Below are positions 17,984 to 27,699 of a stretch of DNA of 64,000 nucleotides, one piece after another (the stretch's first letter is position 1; each line of letters opens with the position of its first letter). The translations under genes were made by a program, and so were the position numbers. This DNA comes from an uncultured bacterium. Its GTDB lineage: Bacteria; Hydrothermota; Hydrothermia; WGAB01. The stretch lies in the NCBI GenBank assembly GCA_964406105.1, contig CAYOQK010000022.1:14053-78052 (forward strand). The letters are read 5' to 3'. The notes below the pieces were generated by a model that was given only the letters and a program-made list of their open reading frames with translations, did not search any database and was not told where the DNA came from.

Positions 17984-19179
17984 GCCACCTCAGGCTCAGG
18001 CAAACGGGCAATTTGATCCAACACGTACTGCCGGATCTGTTCCACCGGTGGCTCGGGTACGAGTCGGCGGCCCTGTTCCATCACCTTTTGCAATACGGGC
18101 TGCATGGGACTCCCGCACCGGGGGCACCGGGGGTTTTCCCCCTCCTCTTCGGGAACCACTTGATACTCCAGGCACTGTTCACACCGGAACACCTGTTTCC
18201 GCCCGCCGAACTTGCCCTTTTTGGCCACCGGGCGGGATCCGATGGCCACGATGTCCATGGCGAAATCAATGGTGGGGGCGTTAGAGATGCTGGTGCCCAC
18301 GCCGAAGCCGCGGGCACCGGCCTCTTTGAGTTCCTTGATGTTTTTCTCCGACAGCCCCCCTGACACGAACACCTCCACGTGGGTGTATCCCCGAAGGTCC
18401 AGTTCCCAGCGTACCTCCCGCACGATGCGGGCGAAATCGCCGCGCCGGGAGCTCGGGGTGTCCAGTCGCACAGCCTTGAGATGGGGGATGGTTTCGGCGG
18501 CCTCTATGGCCTTTTGCTTTTCATCGCCGTAGGTGTCAATCAGGGCGATGCGGGGAACCTCAGGGGGCATGAGTTCGTGGAAGGCACGCCAGGCACGCTG
18601 TTCCCCCAACACGATGATGAGGGCATGGGGCATGGTGCCTTGGGGTGGGCGGCCCAGGGTTTCGGCCCCCAGGATGCTGGACACCCCGTCGCAACCGCCG
18701 ATGAAGGCCGAACGGTCAATCACCGGAGCCAGGGCGGGGTGCATCCGGCGGATGCCGAAGGAAAGCACCGGCACTTCTCCTGCCAAGCGTTTGATGCGGG
18801 CGGCCCGGGTGGCCACGCCCGAGGACTGGCACAGAAACCCGAGGAGAGGGGTTTCCAGCACAGCGAAGGTGCGGTACTCGCCCTCCAGGGCCATGACCGG
18901 TACCGGGACACCGGTGGCGTCTCGGTGGCGGAACACGGTGCCTTCGGGTAGGGCGTAAACGTCCACAGGGCGGCCTTCCAACAGGCGGAGGGCCTCTTCC
19001 AGGCCCACGAACACCGCCCATTCGTACCCCTTGGGTAGGGAGGAGGCGGTGAACTCGGCGTACACGCGAGTGTGATCTCCCAGCCGTTCCAGGATCTGAC
19101 GGGTGCGTTCAAAGTAGATGTCGGTGGTCCGACCCTGCCGGATCTCCTCCTCTGTTGCGATGAAAAACCGCCGGTTCAT
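17980..19179 (-). CDS. pncB: Nicotinate phosphoribosyltransferase, archaeal-type (about 400 aa form with a C-terminal Zn-ribbon)
   Basis: MNRRFFIATEEEIRQGRTTDIYFERT...GFGIRRMHPA...GTMPHAL...RLDTPSSRRG...GVGTSIS matches the Thermoplasma-type NAPRTase, including the C-terminal CEQC...CPRC zinc knuckle. The start is taken at the ATG at 19179 because the N-terminal alignment begins at MNRRFF; the ORF track's earlier GTG at 19224 is not preferred. Confidence 0.8.
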   Translation of the reverse strand: MNRRFFIATEEEIRQGRTTDIYFERTRQILERLGDHTRVYAEFTASSLPKGYEWAVFVGLEEALRLLEGRPVDVYALPEGTVFRHRDATGVPVPVMALEGEYRTFAVLETPLLGFLCQSSGVATRAARIKRLAGEVPVLSFGIRRMHPALAPVIDRSAFIGGCDGVSSILGAETLGRPPQGTMPHALIIVLGEQRAWRAFHELMPPEVPRIALIDTYGDEKQKAIEAAETIPHLKAVRLDTPSSRRGDFARIVREVRWELDLRGYTHVEVFVSGGLSEKNIKELKEAGARGFGVGTSISNAPTIDFAMDIVAIGSRPVAKKGKFGGRKQVFRCEQCLEYQVVPEEEGENPRCPRCGSPMQPVLQKVMEQGRRLVPEPPVEQIRQYVLDQIARLPEPEVA

Positions 19180-19326
19180 GGCTATTAGTGTACACCCGTT
19201 CCGGGAGAGGGCGGCAGGGGGCACCTGGCAGGCTCTTTGCAGTTTACAGGGGTCCTGGCGGGGTCACAGGCAGGTGCAGGCGTGGTCAAAGGCTTGAAAA
19301 ACTGGGGCAAAACCCCGTTCCGTGTG

Positions 19327-19355
19327 TTGACACATGGGAAGCGGGATACTACAAT
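19327..19355 (+). promoter_or_regulatory. Sigma70-like promoter upstream of tRNA-Met (-35 TTGACA, 17-nt spacer, -10 TACAAT)
   Basis: TTGACA catgggaagcgggatac TACAAT, with the -10 hexamer ending 35 nt before the tRNA 5' end. Confidence 0.5.
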
Positions 19356-19390
19356 TTTGCGTCAAAGTGGACCAACGCGGGACACTTTAC

Positions 19391-19462
19391 GGGCCCGTAG
19401 CTCAATGGCAGAGCAGCGGACTCATAATCCGTGGGTTGCAGGTTCGAGTCCTGCCGGGCCCA
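19391..19462 (+). tRNA. tRNA-Met (anticodon CAT); a lysidine-modified tRNA-Ile2 cannot be excluded
   Basis: Cloverleaf: acceptor stem GGGCCCG/CGGGCCC, D-arm GCTC-AATGGCA-GAGC, anticodon stem GCGGA/TCCGT with loop CTCATAA, T-arm GCAGG-TTCGAGT-CCTGC, discriminator A. There is no encoded CCA. The anticodon stem lacks the 3 consecutive GC pairs of an initiator tRNA, so this is an elongator type. Confidence 0.9.
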
Positions 19463-19524
19463 TTTTTTATTCGTTCCCCTTGGGCCCTTGGGTCCACCGG
19501 AACCTCTGAAACAAGGAGGACTTC

Positions 19525-19881
19525 ATGGGAGCCTACCTCTCCCTTGCCGTTTTTCTCCTGGTAGCCACCGGGATCGCCCTGGTCACCATGGGCCTGGCCA
19601 TTCTCCTCCGAAAACGGGGCCGGCCCGAGGGCGAAAAGTACCAGAACTACGAATGCGGCGAGGTTCCCCAGGGTACCCCGTGGATTCGCTTCCATGCGGG
19701 CTACTACTTGGTGGCCTTGATCTTCATCCTGTTTGACGTGGAAGCCCTGTTCCTGTTCCCCTGGGCCCTCACCCTGAAGACCCTTGGGATCCTCGCCTTT
19801 GTGGAGATGACCGTGTTCGTCGTCGTCCTCCTGCTGGGCTGGCTGTATGCCTACAAAAAAGGAGCCATTGAATGGGTGTGA
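19525..19881 (+). CDS. nuoA: NADH-quinone oxidoreductase subunit A
   Basis: 118 aa, 3 TM helices, with the NuoA pattern ([40 protein letters not shown]). An AAGGAGG Shine-Dalgarno sequence lies 6 nt upstream. Confidence 0.9.
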   Translation: MGAYLSLAVFLLVATGIALVTMGLAILLRKRGRPEGEKYQNYECGEVPQGTPWIRFHAGYYLVALIFILFDVEALFLFPWALTLKTLGILAFVEMTVFVVVLLLGWLYAYKKGAIEWV

Positions 19882-20396
19882 CCCGCGAAGAGGTGAAGTC
19901 CCCGCTGGAAGACCTCTTTGATGTGGTGGAACGGTGGCCCGGCGGCGGCCTGGTGATCGCCCCCTTGGAAAAACTCCTGGCCTGGGGCACCAAGTCGTCC
20001 CTTTGGCCTCTGACCTTCGGGCTCGCCTGCTGCGCCATTGAAATGATGGCCACCTTCGCATCCCGCTTTGACATGGACCGCTTCGGCGTCGTGATGATGC
20101 CCTCGCCCCGCCGCACCGACGTCATGATCATCGCCGGCACGGTCACCGTCAAAATGGCCCCCCGCATCAAACGCCTGTACGAACAAATGCCCCACCCCAA
20201 GTACGTGATCGCTATGGGCTCCTGCGCCATCTCCGGAGACCATTACCGCCACGTGTACTCCGTGGTGCCCGGGGTGGACCGCATCATCCCCGTGGACGTC
20301 TATGTGCCCGGCTGCCCGCCCTCGCCCGAGGCGCTGATGCAGGCCATCCTGGCCCTGCAAAAGAAGATCATGAGCCAAACGGAGCGGAAAACATGA
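19872..20396 (+). CDS. nuoB: NADH-quinone oxidoreductase subunit B (N2 cluster subunit)
   Basis: 174 aa with the motifs [25 protein letters not shown] and VPGCPP (the cysteine ligands of the N2 cluster). Confidence 0.92.
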   Translation: MGVTREEVKSPLEDLFDVVERWPGGGLVIAPLEKLLAWGTKSSLWPLTFGLACCAIEMMATFASRFDMDRFGVVMMPSPRRTDVMIIAGTVTVKMAPRIKRLYEQMPHPKYVIAMGSCAISGDHYRHVYSVVPGVDRIIPVDVYVPGCPPSPEALMQAILALQKKIMSQTERKT

Positions 20397-20818
20397 GCCT
20401 TCCCCAGGAATTGATCCAACCCTTCAACGTGGAGGTATCGGAACAGGGCATCCCCTACGTGCCCAAGGACCGCCTTCCAGAACTGGCTCAAGCCCTCCAC
20501 GACCGCGGGTACCGGTTCTTCGTGTTCGTCACCGCCGTGGACTACAAGGAGTACCTGGAACTCGTGTACCTGATCCGCAACCTGGACACAGGCGAGGAAG
20601 CCTTCTTCAAGGTCAAACTGCAAGACGGCGAGTCGGCCCCCACCCTTAGCCACGTGTACGAAGGCGCCAACTGGCACGAGCGGGAGGTGTACGATCTGTT
20701 TGGCATTCCCTTTGAAGGGCATCCAGATCTTCGGCGGATCCTCCTGCCGGAAGACTGGGAAGGGCATCCCCTCCGCAAGGACTATCCCCTGGATGCCCCC
20801 CATCCGCCCTACAGGTGA
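20393..20818 (+). CDS. nuoC: NADH-quinone oxidoreductase subunit C (short, NdhJ-like form)
   Basis: 141 aa with [10 protein letters not shown]...[23 protein letters not shown], typical of the NuoC C-terminal region. Confidence 0.85.
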   Translation: MSLPQELIQPFNVEVSEQGIPYVPKDRLPELAQALHDRGYRFFVFVTAVDYKEYLELVYLIRNLDTGEEAFFKVKLQDGESAPTLSHVYEGANWHEREVYDLFGIPFEGHPDLRRILLPEDWEGHPLRKDYPLDAPHPPYR

Positions 20819-20821
20819 GCC

Positions 20822-21964
20822 ATGGAAACGAGAACCCTGGAGTTTTCCTTTGATGAAATGCGGGTGAATATGGGGCCCCAGCACCCCTCCACCCACGGCG
20901 TGTTCCGGGGTGTGCTGGTGCTGGAAGGCGAAGAGATCAAACAGCTGATCCCCCACATCGGCTACCTCCATCGGGGCGTGGAAAAACTGGCCGAGCACCT
21001 GAGCTACGTGCAGGACATCCCCATCATGGCCCGGAACGACTACTTAGGGCCCGTGCACAACGAACTGGTGGTGGCCCACGCCGTAGAAAAACTCGCCAAG
21101 GTGCAGGTGCCAGAACGCGCCCAATACCTGCGGGTCATGGCCTCGGAACTCCACCGTATCGCCTCCCATCTCGTGTGGATGGGCACCTTCATGCTGGACA
21201 TGGGCGGGGCCCTGGGCGGGGGCAGCACCATCTTCCTGTACCTGTTCCAGGCCCGAGAGTCCATCATGGACCTCTACGAGGAATGGACCGGCGCCCGGTT
21301 CCACCCCAACCTGATCCAGGTGGGCGGCGTGCGGTTTGATCTGCCGGCCGGCTTTGACCGCCGCGTGAAGGAGGCCCTGCAAACCATCCGCAACACCGTG
21401 AACGAGGTCCGCGAAATGGTGGAAGGCAACCCGGTGTTTGAACAGCGGACCCGAGGGGTGGGAATCCTACCGGCCGACCTTGCCATGTCCATCGGGTGCT
21501 CTGGTCCGGTGCTCCGGGCTTCGGGAGTGCCCTACGACGTACGCAAAGCCGAACCCTACGACGCCTTTGACAAAATGGACTTTGAGGTGGTGACCGCCAC
21601 CGAGGGCGATGTCCGGGCCCGCTACTGGGTACGGGTCCAGGAGATTGAGCAGGCGGCCCGGATCGTGGAACAGGCCCTGGAAGGCCTACCCGAGGGGCCC
21701 ATTGGCTCAAAACCCCCCATCAAGGCCCCGGTGGCCGTGAAGGCCCCCAAGGGCGAGGTGTACACCCGCGTGGAATCCGCCCGTGGAGAACTGGGGGCCT
21801 ACCTCGTGTCCGACGGCACCCACAAACCCTATCGGCTCAAACTGCGTTCGCCCTCCTTCTCTAACCTGCAGGCCATCCAACACCTGGTGGTGGGCCACAA
21901 GGTGGCCGACGTGGTGGTCATCCTGGGGTCCCTGGACCCGGTATTCGGAGACGTAGACCGATGA
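20822..21964 (+). CDS. nuoD: NADH-quinone oxidoreductase subunit D (49 kDa subunit)
   Basis: 380 aa with MRVNMGPQHPSTHGVFR and the overall NuoD pattern. It is a separate gene from nuoC, not the fused CD form. Confidence 0.92.
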   Translation: METRTLEFSFDEMRVNMGPQHPSTHGVFRGVLVLEGEEIKQLIPHIGYLHRGVEKLAEHLSYVQDIPIMARNDYLGPVHNELVVAHAVEKLAKVQVPERAQYLRVMASELHRIASHLVWMGTFMLDMGGALGGGSTIFLYLFQARESIMDLYEEWTGARFHPNLIQVGGVRFDLPAGFDRRVKEALQTIRNTVNEVREMVEGNPVFEQRTRGVGILPADLAMSIGCSGPVLRASGVPYDVRKAEPYDAFDKMDFEVVTATEGDVRARYWVRVQEIEQAARIVEQALEGLPEGPIGSKPPIKAPVAVKAPKGEVYTRVESARGELGAYLVSDGTHKPYRLKLRSPSFSNLQAIQHLVVGHKVADVVVILGSLDPVFGDVDR

Positions 21965-22920
21965 AGTGGATTCTCGTGGCCTTTTGGAGTGTGGTGATTT
22001 TGGGCGTGGCGCTCCTGATTGCGGCCTATATGATCTGGTGGGAACGGAAGTTCGCAGGCCGCATCCAGCGCCGCATCGGCCCCTATTGGGTGGGCTATCC
22101 CCACGGCTGGCTCCAGTCCATCGCCGACGGCCTCAAGATCCTGCGCAAAGAGGACATCATCCCAAAGAACGCCGACAAATGGGTGTACAACGTGGCCCCC
22201 TTCCTGTTCATGCTCCCCCCAATGTTCCTGTTCGCCGTGTTCCCCTTCAGCCGAACCTGGGTGGTGTCCGACCTGAACGTGGGACTCCTGTACATCCTGG
22301 CCGTCTCCTCCTTAGGCGCCATCGGGGTGATGATGGCCGGCTGGGGCAGCCACAACAAGTACGCCCTGCTTTCCGCCATGCGGTACGTATCCCAGATGAT
22401 CTCCTATGAAGTGCCCTTGGTGCTCTCCGCACTGGTCCCTGTGATCCTCGCGGGCTCCATGAACCTCGGCGACATCATCCACGCCCAACGGGGCCTGTGG
22501 TTCGCCCTCTGGCCGGTGGTGGGCTGGGTGGCCTTCATCGTATTCCTGCTGGCCACTCTGGCCGAAGGCAACCGCGCCCCCTTTGACATCCCCGAGGCGG
22601 AATCCGAGCTCATCGGCGGCTTCGCCGTGGAATACTCGGGCTGGAAATTCGCCATGTTCTATGTTGGCGAGTACGTGCACCTGTTGGCCGTTTCTATCCT
22701 GGCCTCGGTGCTCTTCCTCGGCGGCTGGCGGGGCCCCTTCCTGCCTCCCCTGCTCTGGCTCTTCATCAAAACCGTGTTCATGTACTCCGTGATCCTCTGG
22801 ATCCGATGGTCCTTTCTGCGTCTTCGTGTTGACCAACTCATGGTGTTCAACTGGAAGGTGCTCGTTCCCGTAAGCGTCGTGAACCTGCTGCTGGCCGCCC
22901 TTTGGGTGGTACTGCGTTAG
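21961..22920 (+). CDS. nuoH: NADH-quinone oxidoreductase subunit H (membrane subunit, NuoH/ND1)
   Basis: 319 aa, polytopic, with the conserved AEGNRAPFDIPEAESELIGGF...EYSG loop. It follows nuoD directly with a 4-nt overlap. No nuoE, nuoF or nuoG lies between D and H. Confidence 0.9.
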   Translation: MKWILVAFWSVVILGVALLIAAYMIWWERKFAGRIQRRIGPYWVGYPHGWLQSIADGLKILRKEDIIPKNADKWVYNVAPFLFMLPPMFLFAVFPFSRTWVVSDLNVGLLYILAVSSLGAIGVMMAGWGSHNKYALLSAMRYVSQMISYEVPLVLSALVPVILAGSMNLGDIIHAQRGLWFALWPVVGWVAFIVFLLATLAEGNRAPFDIPEAESELIGGFAVEYSGWKFAMFYVGEYVHLLAVSILASVLFLGGWRGPFLPPLLWLFIKTVFMYSVILWIRWSFLRLRVDQLMVFNWKVLVPVSVVNLLLAALWVVLR

Positions 22921-22929
22921 GAGGCAACC

Positions 22930-23457
22930 ATGGGTTTGGTCAAAGACACCTTAGACAGCCTGGTCATCACCTTGAAAAACCTGGCTCGCAAGCCGGTAAC
23001 GGTGCAGTACCCGCGGGAACGCCGGCAAACGCCGGAGCGGTTCCGCGGGGTCTTCGCCCTCACCACCAATCCCGAAACGGGCGAGGAGAACTGCATCGGA
23101 TGCCGCCTGTGCCAGAACATCTGCCCGTCGCAGATCATCACCGTCGTCCCTGAGAAGCGGGAAAAACGGGCCTACGCCAAAGACTTCACCCTGGACATGA
23201 ACGCCTGCATCTTCTGCGGCCTCTGTGTACAGGTGTGCCCCACCGACGCCATCGTGATGGTCCGCACCAACGAGGTGGTGGGATACTCCCGCGAAGACCT
23301 CTTTCTTACCAAGGAAAAGCTCTTGGCCAACGAGAAGAAGTACCAGGACCTCATTAGCCCCATGACCGGTTCAGCCCTCCGCACCATGCAAACCCCGCCT
23401 CGGCCAGCACGCCCTGCCCCGAAACCCCGCCCCAAGCCGGAGGAGAAAAAGGAATGA
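22930..23457 (+). CDS. nuoI: NADH-quinone oxidoreductase subunit I (2x[4Fe-4S] ferredoxin subunit)
   Basis: 175 aa with two CxxCxxCxxxCP motifs (CIGCRLCQNICP and CIFCGLCVQVCP). The C-terminal tail is Pro/Lys-rich. Confidence 0.9.
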   Translation: MGLVKDTLDSLVITLKNLARKPVTVQYPRERRQTPERFRGVFALTTNPETGEENCIGCRLCQNICPSQIITVVPEKREKRAYAKDFTLDMNACIFCGLCVQVCPTDAIVMVRTNEVVGYSREDLFLTKEKLLANEKKYQDLISPMTGSALRTMQTPPRPARPAPKPRPKPEEKKE

Positions 23458-23942
23458 ACCCGGTGATTTTCTGGATTCTGGCGCTTCCCCTGGTGCTCTT
23501 TGCGCTGGGGGTGGTGTTGTCCAAGAGCATCTTTCGGGCCGCCCTGTACCTGGCCGGTGCTCTGGTGATCACCGCCATCATCTACCTGGTGATGCAGGCC
23601 GAAATCCTGGCCTTCATGCAGATCCTGCTGTACGCGGGCGGGGTCATCACCCTGTTGGCCTTCGCCATCATGCTCACCAAGGACATCGTGGCCCGGGAGA
23701 TTCGTCTCGTGTCGCGCAACCTCTTTTGGGGTGCCCTGGGTTCCCTGGTGCTCTTCCTGGTGTTCCTCTATTTCCTGCTGCAAAGCCACCTTCCCCTCAC
23801 CCCCTCGCCCATGCCGGAGAACATCAACCTGGGCATCGGTTTCGGCATCTTCCGCCAGTTCGTGGTTCCCTTTGAAGTGCTCTCCGTGCTGTTGCTGGCC
23901 GCCATCATCGGCGCCATCGTACTGGCCCGCAAGGAGGATTGA
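23454..23942 (+). CDS. nuoJ: NADH-quinone oxidoreductase subunit J
   Basis: 162 aa, 5 TM helices, with position and hydrophobicity typical of NuoJ. Confidence 0.8.
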   Translation: MNPVIFWILALPLVLFALGVVLSKSIFRAALYLAGALVITAIIYLVMQAEILAFMQILLYAGGVITLLAFAIMLTKDIVAREIRLVSRNLFWGALGSLVLFLVFLYFLLQSHLPLTPSPMPENINLGIGFGIFRQFVVPFEVLSVLLLAAIIGAIVLARKED

Positions 23943-23945
23943 GCC

Positions 23946-24242
23946 ATGATCACCTCGTATCTGGTGCTCGCTTTTCTCCTGTTCTCCATCGGTGCTTTTG
24001 GTGTGCTCACCCGTCGGAACGCTGTGGCCATCCTCATGGCCATTGAACTCATGCTCAACGCCTCCAACATCGCCCTGGTCACCTTTTCCCGGATGCACGG
24101 CAACCTGGGAGGCCAGCTCTTCGCCTTCTTCACCATCACCATCACCGTAGCCGAGGTGGCGGTAGGGTTGGCCATCGTGGTGCTCATTTACCGCCTCCGG
24201 AAAACGGTGAACGCCGATGAAATGGACTTCTTAAAGGGGTAG
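23946..24242 (+). CDS. nuoK: NADH-quinone oxidoreductase subunit K
   Basis: 98 aa, 3 TM helices, with the NuoK pattern (LSIGAFGVLTRRNAVAILMAIELMLNASN). Confidence 0.85.
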   Translation: MITSYLVLAFLLFSIGAFGVLTRRNAVAILMAIELMLNASNIALVTFSRMHGNLGGQLFAFFTITITVAEVAVGLAIVVLIYRLRKTVNADEMDFLKG

Positions 24243-24246
24243 AGCG

Positions 24247-26139
24247 ATGAACGGAAACCTTTTGTTGTGGACCCTTTTGGTGCTGCTGCCCCCCTTCGTG
24301 TCCTTTGCCTTTAACGGCCTGGTGATCCCGTGGCGCCGGGCGGGCAAACCGGCAGCCTACCTGTCCATCGCCGCCATCCTGGTGTCGCTCGTGGCCTCGC
24401 TGGTGGTGGTCAAACAGGTGCTGGCCCATCCCGGCCCCTACACCTGGCACACCGTCTGGATGCCCTTCCGAAACGCTCCCTCCATCACCGTGGGCCTGTA
24501 CCTGGACCCCCTGGCCGCCATCATGCTCGCCGTGGTTGCCCTGGTGGCCTCCATGGTGCAGATCTACTCCCTGGGCTACATGAGCGAGGAACCCCCGGGC
24601 TCCCTGGGCCGCTACTTCACCTATCACTCGCTGTTCGCCTTTTCCATGCTCAACCTGGTGGCTGCCGGCACCCTGATCCAGATCTACGCCTTCTGGGAAC
24701 TCGTGGGCCTCTGCTCCTACCTGCTCATCGGCTTCTGGTACTACAAACCCTCGGCCGCCAACGCTGCAGTCAAGGCCTTCTGGACCACAAAGTTCGGCGA
24801 TGTGGGCTTTGCCATCGGCCTCGTGCTGCTGTGGGCCTTCGGAGGCACCTATTTCCTGCCCGACCTGTTCCACAAAGCACAGGCAGGGGAGATCCAGGCG
24901 GCAGTGCTGGGCCTTTCCATGCTCCTCATCTTCTTCGGCGCCATGGGCAAGTCGGCCCAGTTCCCCCTGCACATCTGGCTGCCCGACGCCATGGAAGGCC
25001 CCACACCGGTATCCGCCCTGATCCACGCCGCCACCATGGTGGCCGCCGGCGTGTACCTGGTGTCGCGGGTGTTCCCGATCTACACCCACACCCCCGAGGT
25101 GATGCTCTTCATCGCCTACATCGGCTCCTTTACCGCCTTCTTCGCCGCCACCATCGCCCTGGTTCAGGAGGACATCAAACGGGTGCTGGCCTACTCCACC
25201 ATCTCCCAGCTGGGTTACATGATGGCCGCCTTGGGCGCTGGTAGCCTGATGGCCGGGTACTTCCACATGTTCACCCATGCCTTCTTCAAAGCCCTGCTGT
25301 TCCTCGCAGCGGGCTCTGTGATCCACGCCATGCACACCAACGACATCTGGAAAATGGGCCGGCTCTTCGGCAAGATGAAGCACACCGCCCTGGTATTCCT
25401 CATCGGCACCCTGGCCCTGGCCGGCATCCCACCCTTCGCTGGCTACTACTCCAAGGACGAAATCGTGGTGAAACTCTTTGAAAGCGGCCTCACCATCCCC
25501 TTCCTGTTTGCGCTGGTCACGGTGTTCCTCACAGCCTTTTACATGTTCCGGGTGATCTTTGTGGTGTTCTTCGGCAACAAGGACGCCGAGGGCCATCCCC
25601 ATGAATCACCGCCGGTTATGACGGTGCCCATGTGGATCCTGGCGATTCTGTCCATTGTGGCCGGGTTCCTGTTCAAGGGCACCTTTGAGCACTTCTTTGG
25701 CCATGCTGCGGCGGCAGCCCACGCCGCCGAAGGCGCCGCCGAAGCCGCAGCCCACACCGGTGGCCACTCCCCTGTGGCACTGGTGAGCCTGGCCTTCGCA
25801 CTGGCCGGCATCCTGCTGGCTTGGCTCATCTACCAAAAGGAGGCCATCCATCACGAGCGGCTCCGGCAGAGCCTTAAACCCCTGTACATCATGCTCCAAC
25901 GGAAGTACTGGCTGGACGACGTGGCCTACTTCCTGTACCGCCGGGTGCTGGTGGACGGCCTGGCCGTCCTCATCGGCTGGTTTGACCGCTACATCGTGGA
26001 CGGCATCGTGAACTTCGTAACCTGGCTCACCCAGCAGAGCGGCATCCTCCTGCGATCCCTCCAAAACGGCAAGGTGCAGGATTACCTCTACGGGGTGATC
26101 CTGGGGATCCTGCTGATCCTGTTGCTCGGAGCCATCTAA
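24247..26139 (+). CDS. nuoL: NADH-quinone oxidoreductase subunit L (antiporter-like subunit with a long C-terminal lateral helix)
   Basis: 630 aa with the Mrp-antiporter-like core (WLPDAMEGPTPVSALIHAATMV) and a C-terminal extension. Confidence 0.9.
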   Translation: MNGNLLLWTLLVLLPPFVSFAFNGLVIPWRRAGKPAAYLSIAAILVSLVASLVVVKQVLAHPGPYTWHTVWMPFRNAPSITVGLYLDPLAAIMLAVVALVASMVQIYSLGYMSEEPPGSLGRYFTYHSLFAFSMLNLVAAGTLIQIYAFWELVGLCSYLLIGFWYYKPSAANAAVKAFWTTKFGDVGFAIGLVLLWAFGGTYFLPDLFHKAQAGEIQAAVLGLSMLLIFFGAMGKSAQFPLHIWLPDAMEGPTPVSALIHAATMVAAGVYLVSRVFPIYTHTPEVMLFIAYIGSFTAFFAATIALVQEDIKRVLAYSTISQLGYMMAALGAGSLMAGYFHMFTHAFFKALLFLAAGSVIHAMHTNDIWKMGRLFGKMKHTALVFLIGTLALAGIPPFAGYYSKDEIVVKLFESGLTIPFLFALVTVFLTAFYMFRVIFVVFFGNKDAEGHPHESPPVMTVPMWILAILSIVAGFLFKGTFEHFFGHAAAAAHAAEGAAEAAAHTGGHSPVALVSLAFALAGILLAWLIYQKEAIHHERLRQSLKPLYIMLQRKYWLDDVAYFLYRRVLVDGLAVLIGWFDRYIVDGIVNFVTWLTQQSGILLRSLQNGKVQDYLYGVILGILLILLLGAI

Positions 26140-26151
26140 AGGAGAAGAGCC

Positions 26152-27699
26152 ATGCAAGGGTTTCCGATACTCAGTTTGATCCTGGCCGCTCCCTTCATCG
26201 GGGCTCTCATCGTCATGTTCACGCCCCGAAACTCCTATTACGCACCTCGGGTGCTCTCAGCCATTGCGGCCTCGGTGTCGCTGATCGCCTCCCTGTACGT
26301 GCTGTTCACCTACAACTGGCACGCTGGCGGGTTCCAGTTTGAGGAGTTCGTGCCCCTGATCCCTGCCCTCGGAATCCAGTACCACGTGGCCGTAGACGGC
26401 ATGAGCGTGGCCCTCTTGATCCTCACCGCCTTCATCATCTTCACCGGGGTCTTCACCTCCTGGACCGTTCCGGAGCGCGCCAAGGAGTTCTACGCCCTGC
26501 TGCTCCTCCTGGTAACCGGGGTCTTTGGCGTGTTCATGTCCCTGGACCTCTTCCTGTTCTTCCTGTTCTACGAGTTGGCCGTGCTGCCCATGTACCTCCT
26601 GATCGGCATCTGGGGATCCACCAAGTACATCGTCCCCCGGGGCCTCTTTGGCCGCATGTTCCAGGAGCTCAAGGTGGGCACAAAAGAGTACTCCGCCATG
26701 AAACTCACCCTCTACCTCCTGTTCGGCTCGGCCTTCATCCTGGTGGGCATCCTGGCGATCTATAAGGTTTCAGGCCAATTCCTGGCGCAGAACACCTTTG
26801 ACTTCCTGCAACTCAGCAAGATCTCCTTCCCCAAGGAGTTCCAAAGGGTCTTCTTCCCCGTGATCTACGTGGGCTTCGGCGTGTTGGCAGGCATCTGGCC
26901 CCTGCATACCTGGTCGCCCGATGGCCACGCTGCGGCCCCTGCCGCAGGTTCCATGATGCACGCCGGCGTGCTCATGAAACTCGGGGCCTACGGTGTGGTA
27001 CGGGTGGGCATGCAGCTCATGCCCGAAGGGGCCCTGATGTGGGCCTGGCTGGTGGGCACCATTGCCACCATCAACATCGTGTACGGGGCCCTTTCGGCCA
27101 TGTGGCAAACCGACCTCAAGTACATCATCGCCTACTCCTCGGTGTCGCATATGGGCGTGGTGATGCTGGGCGCTGCCACCCTCACCGAGCCGGGCCTCAA
27201 CGGCTCCATCTTCCAAATGGTGGCCCACGGCTTTATGACAGGGCTGATGTTCGCCTTGGTGGGCCTGGTGTACGAGAAAACCCACACCCGGAACATCTTG
27301 GAAATGGGGGGCTTAGGCAAACGCATGCCCGGTATCGCCACCTTCTTTACCATCGGGGGGCTCAGCTCCCTGGGCCTGCCGGCTTTGGCCGGCTTCGTGG
27401 CCGAGTTCCTGGTGTTCCTGGGCGCCTGGCAAAGCCACAAGTGGTACTGGCTGCTGCCGGCCATTGCGGGCGCCTTCTTCACGGCCATCTACGTGCTGCG
27501 CGCCCTGAAGATCATCTTCTGGGGCCCCTTCAACGAAAAGTACAAGGACGTGCCCGACGCCCAGGGGCCGGAATGGGTGTCCCTCGTGGTCTTGAGCGGC
27601 CTGCTCATCATCATGGGGGTGCTGCCCTTCATCCTGCTCCACCCCATTAACGCCGCGGCCGTGGAACTGCTCACCACCATCAAAGGAGCGCTGCCATGA
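26152..27699 (+). CDS. nuoM: NADH-quinone oxidoreductase subunit M
   Basis: 515 aa with the antiporter-like core (HTWSPDGHAAAPAAGSMMHAGVLMKLGAYG). Confidence 0.9.
   Translation: MQGFPILSLILAAPFIGALIVMFTPRNSYYAPRVLSAIAASVSLIASLYVLFTYNWHAGGFQFEEFVPLIPALGIQYHVAVDGMSVALLILTAFIIFTGVFTSWTVPERAKEFYALLLLLVTGVFGVFMSLDLFLFFLFYELAVLPMYLLIGIWGSTKYIVPRGLFGRMFQELKVGTKEYSAMKLTLYLLFGSAFILVGILAIYKVSGQFLAQNTFDFLQLSKISFPKEFQRVFFPVIYVGFGVLAGIWPLHTWSPDGHAAAPAAGSMMHAGVLMKLGAYGVVRVGMQLMPEGALMWAWLVGTIATINIVYGALSAMWQTDLKYIIAYSSVSHMGVVMLGAATLTEPGLNGSIFQMVAHGFMTGLMFALVGLVYEKTHTRNILEMGGLGKRMPGIATFFTIGGLSSLGLPALAGFVAEFLVFLGAWQSHKWYWLLPAIAGAFFTAIYVLRALKIIFWGPFNEKYKDVPDAQGPEWVSLVVLSGLLIIMGVLPFILLHPINAAAVELLTTIKGALP

Noticed and set aside
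19391-19462. Possibility that the CAT-anticodon tRNA is an initiator tRNA-fMet or an integration (att) site
   Set aside because: The anticodon stem lacks the three consecutive G-C pairs, and base pair 1-72 is a normal G-C, so it is an elongator type. No integrase gene, direct repeat of the tRNA 3' end, or compositional shift occurs downstream; the nuo operon follows immediately.
24184-25602. 472-aa minus-strand ORF antisense to nuoL, and the similar 27489-29375 628-aa ORF antisense to nuoM/nuoN
   Set aside because: Both are Gly/His/Glu-rich with no motifs, and they lie entirely inside well-supported nuo genes. They are high-GC antisense artefacts.
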